Shown: positions 50,647 to 63,205 of the stretch, piece after piece
Layout: each line of letters opens with the position of its first letter
How positions within the stretch are numbered: position 1 is the stretch's first letter
Source: Tubiluchus corallicola
Lineage: Eukaryota > Animalia > Priapulida
Assembly: GCA_030141605.1 (NCBI GenBank)
Contig: JAQGDQ010000410.1
Span: forward strand, 62,001 to 126,000
Length of the DNA stretch: 64,000 nt
Direction: 5' to 3'
The notes under the pieces: model-generated
The model's input: only the letters and a program-made list of their open reading frames with translations
The model's database searches: none
What the model was told of the DNA's origin: nothing
Program-made: the position numbers and the translations under genes

Positions 50647-52833
50647 TATTGCCATTTCACAGAACTTTGTACAGGTGGAGCTAGTTTCCATTTCATGTCT
50701 GAGATACCTCCCTGCAATGTGAAGAAGGTTTACGTTATTATGCCTTCGTGGTTTGATATTTCACTTCATCTGCCATGGCTGCTGTACAACGATAATACGT
50801 GCATTTCACACAGTATTCATTGCCGTATATATATTTCTCAAGACTCACTGTTGTTAAACTTCTTCACGCCATATTTTGCCGTCCTGTTAGCAGTTATACG
50901 CTGACAGACACAATAGATTGCATTTAATATTTGTAACGTATAGTGTTTATTTGTAACGTATCGGTGTGTCCTTTTTTGTCTCATGCATTTTTAACTACGT
51001 GCAAGCTTGTTTTGTAAGCACTTAGTTCGTAAGGTCAATAAAATTATGTTTGTTCCTAACCATTGTCGTTTAGCCTTCCGGCTATTAGTGTGCTTCTGTT
51101 ATCAGAAATTTACTTGAAATGTTTAAGTTACGATCATTTAAATTGCTAAGGAAATTTTTATGTGTTGTGGTCTCCTGGTCATTTTTAATATTGTGCTACT
51201 GCAAGGTGGCCTTAGAGAGTAAATTTTTAATTATTACTACTGTTTTTTGATGGCAGTGTTTATGTGCAGTGTTTTAAATCAGTGGAGCACTGCGTTTACT
51301 ATACAGTTTGTTTGCTTCAATTATTTTAGGTGACATATTACTACTAGCTGTGTTGCAAGCATGAAGTATTCTGTACAAGCTGTTTACATTGTTTACTTGA
51401 TCATATTAGTGAGTTATTACTTGAAAGAATATTTGCATAACAAGGCCAGCCCCATCCTAATTTCTCAAGTTCATACATTACAAAGAAGCGGCTTTCAAAA
51501 TTCGTAGTTCCATAATTTATTTTGCTGCAGCAGTTAACTTAGAAACTGCATAATTTAGGTTTTACTTTTTTTGTTGGATTTTCGTTCTTTGGAAACTGCA
51601 TATTGCTTATTTATTCCATTTCTACCAACGTTTGAATCATGCCTATTAATGAAAACTCTTCAGACATTCATTAGCTGGGCATGATGTTGAAGAAGAAAGT
51701 GTCCAGTGCAAATCTTTTCATTAAAATAAATTTCCCTGATGAAATAAATTCAAGACAGAATTTTTCTGCATCAAGATTGTATAATTTTCAGCGTGTGTTG
51801 CAGCTAGCTGCAAGTGCTTCCACTATTCCCAGTAAAAGGGCCTTTAGTTTGTCCGGTGCAACCAGAAGTCAGTCTGATCTCAAATGACAACTTTGTCATT
51901 AATCAGTACAGTATTTATTAAAATAAACTCAGCGTCAGGTCTGCTGAAAGGAGTGTTTATAAGATGTTTTTAGGAGAAAACAAAGGACTGCTTAGTAAAA
52001 TAATGTATAAATAGGTAGTGTAGAGAAGTATTAATTTCAGAAAATACTTTCAGTAACTTGACGCTAATGCATATAAAAGAAGATATCTCAAAAATGTTTT
52101 TTGTACATTAAAAATGATTTTTTTCACTGTGTGACTTACAATCACTATTATCTTAATATAGACTCCACATACATGATCAGTGCAAATACTGCTCACACTT
52201 ATGACGATCAACGATTTTAAAGTGAAGTGGTACTGTACATAACTGTTATTATAAGTAAATGCGGCATTGTTTTAGTCTTTGGTTTTTAGAGTGTTCCATT
52301 AGAAGGGACAAATTTTTGTAAGTGAATTTGTGTTGCTGTGCTCTCAATGTGATTTATTATTATGTAGTAAATGTCAAGTTAATTTTCTGCCTGAATCATT
52401 TTGATATTTTTCTATGGATGTTATGTTCGTCTTTCTGTGTAAAAATTTTGCTAGGTAGGTGGTGCTTTGCATTATTTTCTAGAATACTAGTGTTGTATGA
52501 CGAGTTACTTTCATTTTGTTTTGGTTTGATGTTTTCGCATTTCTTGTATTTGTGTTTTTCTACACAACTTTTCTAGATGATATTTCTACGTTTTTAAAGC
52601 AGTCCAGAATTTATAAGAAAGCTTCCTATATAGTTTTTACATTTGCTAAACCGATATGTATTAAGTGTCTACTTATGTTTGTTTTTTAGAAAATGGACAA
52701 AATCTGTTATTCAAAAGGCTAATCCTGATTTCTGTCATGCAGCTGTTTCATAGAGCTCTGAGTATAGTCATGTAATGTCAGTTATCTAAAGTTTTTACCT
52801 ATTTTTCGGTAAACAACTAAATAAGCTTGTAAT

Positions 52834-52895
52834 TTTATAACTTTTGCATTAAATTGTAAATTATTTATAACTTTTGCATTAAATTGTAAATTATA
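52834..52895. repeat. 31-bp tandem duplication
   Basis: TTTATAACTTTTGCATTAAATTGTAAATTAT x2. Confidence 0.85.
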
Positions 52896-53233
52896 TCAGT
52901 AGACAATTGTATAAAAAATACACTTGAAAAATAACAAATTCTTACAGTATTTTGAGGTGTGCATTGCCTTGAATATAATTAAAGCAAGCAATTTTAACTT
53001 TATGTTTTCATTTGACAGATTTATACTGTTTTGAAAGTAGTTGTTCAAGTATATATGGCTACTGAATTTGTTTTGATAATGCATTTGATCAACTATTTTG
53101 TAGTCTCATTGGATTTGTTTTTTATTAGTGTAATCTGTGTGTTTAAATGATAGACTTAAGATAAAGTCTTATAACGACAGGTATTTTTTATTTCAAATAT
53201 TCCATAAAGTACTTCTTTATTTGCTAGTTACGT

Positions 53234-53422
53234 ATTGAAGCATAGTCAATTTTGTTCAGAATTGAAGCATTGTCAGTTTTGTTCACAATAGAAGTACAGT
53301 CAGTCTTGTTCACAGTTGAAGCATAGTCAACTTTGTTCAGAGTTGAAGCATAGTCAGTTTTGTTCACAGTAGAAGTATAGTCACTTTTGTTCACACCTGA
53401 GGCATAGTCAGTTTAGTTCTCA
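53234..53422. repeat. 27-bp minisatellite, 7 units
   Basis: Consensus RTTGAAGCATAGTCAGTTTTGTTCACA; abutting units with no spacers. Confidence 0.93.
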
Positions 53423-54086
53423 ATTGTAGGTTTCTTGACCTATTTGATGCATCTTCACATTTTTTACTCTGTGTCATTAATGTTGTGGTTGTTGTACATT
53501 ATTGTTGTCATTAATAATGTTTGTTTTGTTATACGCTTACTTCAAAGTATATTGTGTCATAATGATTGTCAAGCAAATAAATATAGTTAATATTATGATT
53601 ATGTATTTCCAATTATATTATAATATTATTATTACTCTGTTATTTATTTATTCCACTGCCTGCATTTTGCACAATAAATATGTGTGAATATTTTTCAGTA
53701 TTTGATATGTTTAATGTGAAATTTGGGGATGATGTAATTTCTTACCTAATTACATTACAATGATTGTCTTGATGTTCTTTGATTGACTGATTATTTTTCA
53801 ATTTAATGTCTTCTTGAAGTGTAACATAGTTTATACTAGGTGATCTGTAAGTAGAAGTTGGTTTTACAATGCCTGACTTCGTGTTCTCTGCAGTGTACAT
53901 CAATAATTATCATAAAATATGTTTTTAATTCACCAATATAATCTTGTTCCACTATGAAATAATTTGAAACAAAACAGTTTAATTAGAATAAATACCAAAC
54001 GTTCTTCAAAGATCATTTGTGTGGTTTTTATCTTCCGTTCGTCCTGTCTGGTAATCCAACATTTTAAAAATTAACCCGTATATGTA

Positions 54087-54873
54087 TCAGGTGGCACAAA
54101 AAATGTGCCCATCGCAATATTATAATTAAAATAATGGAATCGCTTGAAAATTACCTTAGGTCATTTCCTTACACTCTTCCAAAGATACAGAAGTTTTAAA
54201 ACAAGAAGTCAAAAAAATAAATACCGAAAATAAACTGGCGTGCCACTATTGTTAAAATTTACAGCAAGTGCTCTACATATATATATATAATTATAATATA
54301 TATATATGTATGTATCCATCATTTCCACTGCAAACCAGAAGGCGTTTCTTCCTACAGTTTCTTACTTTTTAAGGGGGGTATTTGGTGTCAGCCTTCAACA
54401 GTTTTTGCCTTTAGTTCCAAATCGAGCGGTTCTGTGTGGCCGTAGTGCATTTTCTCTGGGAATTCCAAGTACTGTACTATAGGATTAAATTCTATTTCGT
54501 CTTGACAGCAAATCTTCATTAGAGCTTTATTTTCTGTGGTAAAGACCATGATGTAAAAAGGTTTTCTCTTAAAATTGTTTTGCTGCCATGTATGTGAGTG
54601 CTTTAACTATAGTCGAAATAGCTATTTTTCAATTCGTGACTAGCTGACAAAATTCTGACATTTAAATTTTTAGCATGGAAAAGTTTTTCGGCCATAACTT
54701 GAAAACTACCAAAACTATAAACTCGTAGCTTTCAGAACCGAAAATTAATTTTTTATACTATTTATTATTAATGAGCTGTAGTATCAATTCGCTGTGAAAT
54801 TTCAACTTTGTAGAGCACTTGCTTCTAACGCTATTGTAGTATGCAGTATGCACATTTTCTCTGCGCCACCCGA
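54087..54873. mobile_element. TA-flanked MITE (Tc1/mariner-like)
   Basis: TA|TCAGGTGGCACAAAAAATGTGC versus reverse-complemented right end TA|TCGGGTGGCGCAGAGAAAATGTGC. Confidence 0.75.
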
Positions 54874-55290
54874 TATAAGCTTATACTTGACAGAATATAG
54901 CTTATTTTTGATAAAGTTGTTGTTTTGATGCAATAACTAGGTTAAAACACGTGAATTATTATTAATTCATAATTATTAATAAACTATAAAACTCGCGAAC
55001 GACATAAGATTTCAAATTATTAGGTTACTAGCAAAAAATAGTGCGAAACGATGTGCATATTATCATAATTGTGATGGTTCCTCCATTACGAAACCATTGC
55101 ATATCAGCATTACATACCAGGTATAAAATCGCTGATATGGAATGGCCTTGTAGATTCAGCAGGTTAACGGACAGGTGTCTTTACAATCACAGCACTTCTT
55201 CCGTAGAGTACAAAGGAAAAGTTTACTGGCGAGTTATGTCTTCAAATCTCTGTCTGTCTTTACAAAGTTTTTCGTCATCCTGGCACTGGG

Positions 55291-55322
<32 letters not shown>

Positions 55323-55692
55323 GGCGAATGCAATAACTACGTCGTTAACTTAGCGACGGCTTGGCGAAACCGGCCTCAGCTATTAGAATTGACTTGATTA
55401 TTCAAAATCGTGCGAACTGATCTGTGTGCCTTATCTATAAAAAAATATGTAATTAATGATGCGTTTACCTTGAATCATAGAACAACTCAAGAGCACCGTT
55501 GTTATAATGTTCTTACCACGCTGTCATAAAATCACTACATAGAACAGGTTCTTTGTAAAAACAATTTCACTGTGCAATTCATTGCTTGAACATGTGATTA
55601 CGACTCCCACTCTTACTTCATACAACGTCAAATTAAATAAATGTGAATTCACTAGTAAGCTTAGCGTATACTAATTTAGTCTACTTTATTTT

Positions 55693-55730
55693 TTAGGACC
55701 TTTCGTCCGTCTCGGACTTCATCAGCTGAT
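55693..55730 (-). ncRNA. Minimal hammerhead ribozyme motif (Penelope-type)
   Basis: The minus strand reads TCAG-CTGATGA-A-GTCC-gagac-GGAC-GAAA-GGTC-CTAA: catalytic boxes and a perfect 4-bp stem II. Confidence 0.65.
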
Positions 55731-55791
55731 ATCCATTAGAGTGATGATGAGACATAGTTAAGATCTTGAGCTTAGCTATATCTAATGGATG

Positions 55792-55828
55792 TCAGCTGAT
55801 AAAGTCCGAGACAGATGAAAGCTCTTGA
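55792..55828 (+). ncRNA. Degenerate minimal hammerhead ribozyme motif (inverted partner)
   Basis: TCAG-CTGATAA-A-GTCC-gagac-AGAT-GAAA-GCTC-TTGA: palindromic AGCT stem III and TCAG/TTGA stem I; G8 is mutated. Confidence 0.55.
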
Positions 55829-56935
55829 AAAATTAACAATTTTTGAGATTTATGAGCACTTTGACTTCTTCTTTTACGATTATAATAATTTAACAATTTT
55901 AATTTATACTCTTAAGGAGCTTTCTAAATCGCCAGCCTCTAGAAAGATGAGACTAATAATTTTGTAGTAGTTCAGTGTTTAGTGTTATACATATGTACGT
56001 TAAAAGAAATACTAATTGTCCCAGCTCTTTATACTGCATATACTTTCAACTTTTTAAGTTCACCTAAATAAATAAATTCTAAAATCAATTATAAAGCTAA
56101 ACAGATAAAAATAAAAAAATACATTAAGTTTAAAAAACCGAAAAAGCTGGAAACGAGAACGGAAGACGGGTGCTAGTGGAGAGGACAAGTGTCAAGCTGC
56201 ACAGGTTTGCAAAACAACTTTTTGAATTTGAACAGCGTGCAGGAGATATGGATGAGAGGAGTGCAGTGCTGAAGACAGGAGAAGAGAAATAGAAGTGAGG
56301 AAAGAAGGAGACGGAAGAGAAGCACGAGAGCAAAGTGGAGAAAATAGCAGGACAGAGCAGAGAGCTAATGCTAGTTGTCTTTTGCTCTTACGTACAAAAA
56401 ATGGACTTCTGGGTGCAATAGGAGTTCAGCTTGTACTAAGGTGACCGTAATTCGTTTAACTTTTTGAGTTTCCAAACATCTACGAAAACAGCCATTCGAC
56501 TTGCTGATTTTTTTTATAAAATTAATATTATACTTTAACGATTTAAATTAACTAAATCCATCATTCGACTGTATCTACTGCATTTGGTTTTCACTAAGAA
56601 ATTTCACAGGCGGCTTGCAAAGTGATAGGCCTATAATTTGTTACAATTCTTCCTTCTGTTTATGATTATAGTTAGTTCAAAATGAATTGAACTATGTTAA
56701 GGTATAATTTAAAACTACAGTTAGTGTTTATTTGAAAATTTTAGCACGCTTTCCAATAAGAAAACTTAGAATTTGCCATTTCAGATCTTTTGAAATAAGC
56801 GCTTGTAAAAGTGTAATGTTAAATAATTAACGAAATAAATAATTTGTAAAAAAAACTAATTAACACGTTTGTTGCTTTTCAGGAAAAATCTTACAAACAT
56901 TTCAGTTCCTACAAGTAGGCGTACTAATATACTAA

Positions 56936-57155
56936 TCAACTAATAAAATCAACCAACTCTACGAAAACGTGAAACCCTAAAACTAATATAAAAATGCAGT
57001 AGCTCCACATCATTGTTCCCCCCACTGGTGCGTCCATGTCTGGTGCAAAACAATCATTGTCAGCTATGCGAGTGACAGCGAATCTTCTTGCCGAACAGAA
57101 CTCCGTCCCACTCTTGTATAAATCGCCAATTTTGTCTCCTTTCAGTCTAGCTTCC
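56936..57155 (-). CDS. Terminal coding exon of a probable GPI-anchored/membrane-tethered Cys-containing protein (folate-receptor-like domain)
   Basis: Acceptor TAATTTATTTGCAG (AG 57157-57156), phase 2, then 72 open codons EARLKGDKIGDLYKSGTEFCSARRFAVTRIADNDCFAPDMDAPVGGTMMWSYCIFILVLGFHVFVELVDFIS*, ending in a hydrophobic tail. The family assignment rests on the recalled motif KG.KIG.LY.SG.EFC..RRF.V...CF. Confidence 0.62.
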
Positions 57156-58749
57156 CTGCAAATAAATTAAGATAAGACCACTGAGATAAAACCACACTCG
57201 GTTGCAACCTTTATGACCATCCCGACCTTCAAAGTGACATTGATGACCATTGATTTTGCCACGAAACTCTGCCCATAAAGACGCACTCCGAATCAGTTGG
57301 TTGACTTGGCAAATTTTAGATTATTTGTTAACGAGCACTGCAAATATTTTCCGCATAAGGATTTTAATGGACGGTGCAAATGGAGAAGCACGCCACCGTC
57401 AGGGAATAGAGTCCTATTTACAATTTTGTCTGAACTGACCTTCACGTGACCTTTGGCCAGGCTAAAGTGATACTATTCGCCCGCATACACAATTACTGAA
57501 ACCCAGCTCCCCATTTTCGGGTTGTAGCAGTTTGTTTAGCCAATTCTTTATGCTAACTTGAAAGACCTCATAAGAAGTAGAGAGCCAAGAAAAACTAAGG
57601 CTACAATGCCCTAAATATTTGACTTTTTACATTACTACCTTCATTTCGGGCAGAGAGATGGTTACGATGAAAAGTTCACTGTGGCGTTAGTTAAACTGAT
57701 TCAGGGAGTTTCTAGATACCGTTCTCGATGAACAGTTATCTGAAAAAGAAAGACATCCACTTTACCTACCGACTCTGCTGTCCAGTCTAAAATCTTGCTG
57801 ATATATAGCATGTTCCCATATCATGCCCCATCATGCCCCATATCAAAAATTATTGCTCGAAATTGAAAAATGGAATAAAATTGCTGCACTTCTAAGATAA
57901 AATAATAAATGGCAATATAAAATATAAACATAGATATAAATACAAATATTACGTTTTTTTTAGTAATTAGCATTACATCTGTTGGTCATTAGTTATTGAT
58001 TAGCCATTAATTAATGAACTCAAATAAGACAGAAAATTATATTTCAATTTTAAATTTTATGTAAAATACATGTTATATCGCAGGTGCAAAAGAGGCTGTT
58101 GCAATCTGAGCATGGAATATCGTGAGAATTTATTTCGAAACCGTGATTTCCCTAGTAGTTTTTCTCAAGTGCCACTTTGCAAAACCCTGTAGGTTAGGCC
58201 AGTCAAGGAGCATCTACCTTTCGTAACCAAAAAATCCTTCCCGCAATAACTACCATTAGAAGAACATCAGGAACATAAAGGTTTAATGCACAACACACAT
58301 TATTCACAAAAATGGTCTTGGTCTGAATTTCCAAGCGACTTATTGGCGGCTTCCTCGAAAACACTCAAGGCCACAAACCTCGCAGCATTCAGGAACAGGG
58401 AAAGGGTGCATCTCAAGGATTATTTTATTTTTAGTAACAAGCAATTTTCACTCTTGTCCAACTTCTCTGTGTTTCAAATTTCAAACCCTGAAGCCAACTA
58501 ACTAGAGCGCTTCTGCTTCTATGAGTTTCTACTAAAACGAGAAGCCCGAATATTAAGCGGTTGTTTGACAACTTTGTTCAAAACGCATTATTCAACATTG
58601 TCTTTGGGACTTTCCAAATTTTTCACTAAGTGTACAGCCAAAGTAGCCATATGATGTTACATGTGATGTGAATGACATGTGACATCATCGGCGAATGCTA
58701 AGAGGCTATATCTATCTTCACAAACTGTGGGTTTGCTCACTAGGTTTAA

Positions 58750-59239
58750 AGGACAAGAAACGGGGTACCTAAAGTAGATTTCAAAAAAATAGCCTTAAAA
58801 ACCCCTATCACATTACTTTATAGCAATTTTATGCGTATATCGTACTCGCGCCGAAAGGATTTTTTGTTTGTTTTCATATTAAATCTCCCACAATACTGTT
58901 CCGAATGTGCCGTTACATGACGTCATACGCGCACAATATAAATCAGTGGAAGAAAATGAAATGTTAAACTATGTCACAAAAAACTTTCCATGCAAAGTTG
59001 TATTACTTAACACCTTGCTCACCTGCTTGAAAGACTTATGTAACTAGAAAAGAAAATTATTAATTATTTAAAATGTTTTCATCAATTGCTAAAATGTCGT
59101 TGACTCACCTCCAGGATGCACCACTCACTAACCAAAAAACGTAACCAGAAAGTACGACATGCGCATAAAATTGCTATAAAGTAATATAAAATTTTATAGG
59201 GAATTTTTCTGAAACCTACTTCAGGTCTTTTCTTGTCCT
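58750..59239. mobile_element. Non-autonomous Kolobok-like MITE
   Basis: TTAA TSD (58746-58749 and 59240-59243); ~90-100-bp imperfect TIRs beginning AGGACAAGAAA and including TTACTTTATAGCAATTTTATGCG; internal TGACGTCA at 58918-58925. Confidence 0.82.
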
Positions 59240-60326
59240 TTAATGGAAAAACCAATTCACTAGCTCTTGCTATTTAAGTTATAAAGTGTGGACAACTACA
59301 AAAGAAGCAGCTACAGCAGCAGAAGTAGCTCAGCTCAGCAAATAACGCAACAACGACAATGATTGCAAGGAAGAAAAATGCAATAAGACGAAAAAGAACA
59401 TGAAGAAAATTTGTTTACGCAACAACACCTCAAATCTCAAAGCACAGTATATAGCGCATTTCACTTTAACCCGGAAAGTGATAGATCCATCCGACTGGGC
59501 CTCCAGTTTGTCCTCTTCAAGCGTTAGTATTAAATACAATACTGCTAGATTGATATATGACTAAACGTTATGTCGAATACATGATTATTAGTAGTACTCG
59601 TTATGTTTGGAAAGACTAAACTGTGCGCAAACATTTCTATGATATGAACATCTTTTGGGCACTGTTCTTTGAGGTATTCGGTTCCAATGCAAAGCATTGA
59701 CCAAATTTAGGCGACTATCACTCTGCATCTGCCACACGAATAAATGCGATATCGCTCTCACATTAAGCATCACAACCTTGATAGCCGACCATGATGGACA
59801 AAGGCATTAAACTCGCATATTTCACGTCGTAAACATAGTCCCAAAGCGGAACCCTAAGTGCATAGGAAATGTTGCTGTCATGAGGTTGTTGATGATCAAT
59901 AACATTAGCCTAGTCTATAAGAAGTGTACATGATCATAGTCAATCTTTGACTCTTTGTATGTATTAACTACTTATTATTAACTGATCGTTTGTTATACCC
60001 ACCAATCAAGAAACAATAGTTACACAGCCAAAACGTTACCAATTAACCATTAACCAAACGTAACGCACGGCTGAAAACGTGAATGAACAATTATTTACCT
60101 TAATGTAGTCAAAAACAGATTTTTTTACTTGAAAAGTTCCTCAGGACTGCTTTCAAGTCACTTGTTTTAAATTTCTCAAGCAAACGCGTAGGCTAGTCAA
60201 AATCTGTTTCCATTACTTTTTTGAATAATTCTTAAAACAATTAAGCAATTAATTAATATTCTAATGCAGGCCTGACCTAGCTAATATAAATGTATGGAAC
60301 ATTTCCCCCATTTTCATCGCAATATA

Positions 60327-62738
60327 CCATGTGGCGCAAAAAAACTTGCCCTAATCTTGATTATGATATTATATGAAAAAGTAACGGAATTTCTTTAAAA
60401 TTACTACACTCATGCTGCAAATGCTTCTGTATAAACATCAATAATTTTGTGTCACTTCCTTAGATAGTTTTCAAAGATACAGTTGATTCAACAAGTAAAA
60501 GAAATAAGCACCGGAAAAAAGTTTGTGTCACTATTGTTAAATTGACATCAAGTTCTCTATGCATCTTTCATTTTCAATGCAAACTAGATGGGGACGCCTA
60601 TTTCAGTAACAAATACAGTTTCTCACTTCTTTAAGGGATATTTGGTCAGAAATCTGCACGAAACCTGCCGTTCGTGCCTCTTTAAGGGAACTGACGTCTA
60701 ACATACTGTCAATCATTTTCGTTGACTGCTCAATCAGTGAGCAAGTTATTTCGCACCCCTGCAATGCTCAATTAAGGCAGGTACGTTCGGGACATTTAGC
60801 TACAGCTGCGTCTAGTACTACTATAAAAAATGCTCAACTTTTCACTAGTTAGCGGGAGAAATATTGGCCTGGTTCTAGATTTTATTATTGTCAATTGAGA
60901 TTGCAAATGAATTACTGGAAATATATAGTCTAGTTTCGTTTATAGGAAGAAATGCACAACGCTTACGTCTACGAGTTGCTGATTAAGTCATTTTGCAATC
61001 AAGAAAATACGCAGTTTAGTTTACTTTATAACTTTGCAAGTTAGCTAAAAACAACTATTTGATTAACTTTAAATAAATTAAAAACAAAATGTTTTCTTTT
61101 CTGGTCAGTTTTTATAAACCTTAATGAAATCTTCACAATCAAAATTAATTCAAATGTGGTCAAAACTTATATTATACGTCAATGTAATATTAGCTAATTT
61201 TACGCTATTTTTCTGATTATAATCATGGTTAAAAGATGCCATTGGACTTATGTAACTCAGGCATTCAATATAAGGGTCGTCTATGTAATGGAACAATCAT
61301 TTAGCCTGACAAACGGAAAAATACAAAAACTGAATAAATATTGCAGACTAGCACATGATCAGTTAATATAGAAAAATACATCGCAGGCTTGATGTTCGTA
61401 TGCTTAAAGGGAAGAAAGACTTAATATTTTTGTTGCTCATTTATCGTAAAGCAAGGCTAACTGGCTTAATTTCTTTATTATACTTATGTCTCTGTATTTT
61501 TGTAGTGCTTTGAAACTTCGTCTCTACAAGTCATTTTTTGGCTACTTGAAGTGTTAATTTCGTGTAAAAATAGCTGCTGCTCTGCAAATTTGTGTTTATG
61601 AAAAAGTGCAATCAGTTTATCTGCTGATTAGACATTAGTTGTGACTGTCATGTTGTTTAGTTTAGTTTAGTTTAGCTTAGACAGTTGTTGTCCTGCGTGA
61701 GCTGTTGTCCCGAATGCTGCTAAGCGCGCTTACGTTACAGTGGGGGCAGAGCGATAGACCAATATGTTTGACGTCAATTCCAGATACCATAGTCAAGAGG
61801 ATTAATTCCCTTTTTGCCAACAAATCTTTATCGGTGTTTTATTTTCTGTGATGAAGACCCTTTTGTGTGTACTGAGTACTTTATGAATTTGTTAACGTGG
61901 ATGTTTTAACTGATATTGTTCCAGTGTAACAGCTTGGCGTATATTCCATCATCAGAATATACCCGGGTTATTCCAAGCTAGGCTGTTTTATACCCGGGGT
62001 ATAGTTGGGCTAGTCCAGTTTATGCTAGCCCTGGGTATAAAATGATCTAGGCTAGAATATACCCCCTAGCCCAGAATATACCCCTCTTTTCCAAATCAAA
62101 TAACTTATTATTATTTACTTATTTTTTATTATTATCTTACTTTTATTATTTTTATCATTTTTACTAGTAAAGTGGTATTGCCCATGATCCCACATAGTGT
62201 ATCAAATGTAATTCCAGGAGTGCAAGCACAAAATAATTTAACATCTATATCAATGAAAGACTGTTTTATTCAGCACCAAACAACTAAAAGCTTATCTACG
62301 TGAATATTAATATAAGTGTACATTCGATGACAGTTACAAAAAATTATTTTCCATGCTACCATTATAATTATAGAATAATTGAGTTTAGCTCTCTGTATCT
62401 GAAGTAGGTATTACAAGTATTACATACAGTCATGGTAACTGTCTATATTAACAGTATTTGCAACTCCAAAGCAAAAAAATGTTTTTATAGGGTATATACC
62501 CCGGGGATTTATTCTGGGCTAGGCTAAACTATACCCGGGTATATTCTGGAGGGGGCGTAATCTGGGCTGTTACACCGGCATTTAATGTTTTAACATTAAT
62601 TAGAAACTACTAAAGCTACAAAGTTGTCAAAAGTAAATGTACTGTAATAATTACACCATAAAATTTCAACTTTGCAGACTACTTGTTTCTAATATTATTG
62701 TAATCTATCAATCGGCACATTTTCCCTGCGCCACTAGA
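60327..62738. mobile_element. Second copy of the 54087-54873 MITE family, split by nested insertions
   Basis: 60327-60650 resembles 54087-54390 and 62600-62738 resembles 54700-54873, including the TIR GCACATTTTCCCTGCGCCAC. Confidence 0.7.
61921..62578. mobile_element. MITE with CC(A/G)GTGTAACAGC termini and TATACCCGGG subterminal repeats
   Basis: CCAGTGTAACAGC / GCTGTTACACCGG ends; repeated CTAGCCCAGAATATACCC motifs in inverted orientation; no TSD seen. Confidence 0.75.
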
Positions 62739-63205
62739 TATAATGTTTATAATTTTGGTAAATCTCGGGAGGCTGACCAGATAACTTAGGGCCTTTCACC
62801 ACTCCTATATTATAAATTCATAATAAGTTTATACTATTACAACCAGAGCTTTAATTTTTTATTTGCCCTGTTGTACTAACCTTATATCATAATGGTGAAA
62901 ATTCTAATTCTAATTTTGAATGGACGTCTTTATCACGATTCTTAGAAAACACAACAATTAAGGAAGACCATGCCTGCTCAGGCAACGTACATTAAAATGC
63001 TTAAAACCTTTACATACCTGTATTAATGTTAATCTGTGTGCAAAAAAACAAATGGAGCTAAAAATTACACAGTTGTCAATAAAGTCCAAATTGTAGTAAC
63101 GATATGATAATAAGACAGAAAAGTAAAAATGAAAACAGTACTGAAAACCGAATTTATTATAGTTGTAACACAGATACGTACCTAATGGTTTGCAACCGAA
63201 TCGTT

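Noticed and set aside
53234-53422. CRISPR-like repeat array
   Set aside because: Units abut with no unique spacers, the context is eukaryotic and there are no cas genes.
56130-56345. Purine-rich open stretch
   Set aside because: No splice signals or family motif.
58680-58735. Minus-strand TVCED / LLAFADDV as a missing exon or RT motif
   Set aside because: No compatible splice sites and no surrounding homology.
59108-59166. Signal-peptide-like exon with a GTGAGT donor
   Set aside because: The ATG frame hits a stop and the segment lies inside the Kolobok-like MITE.
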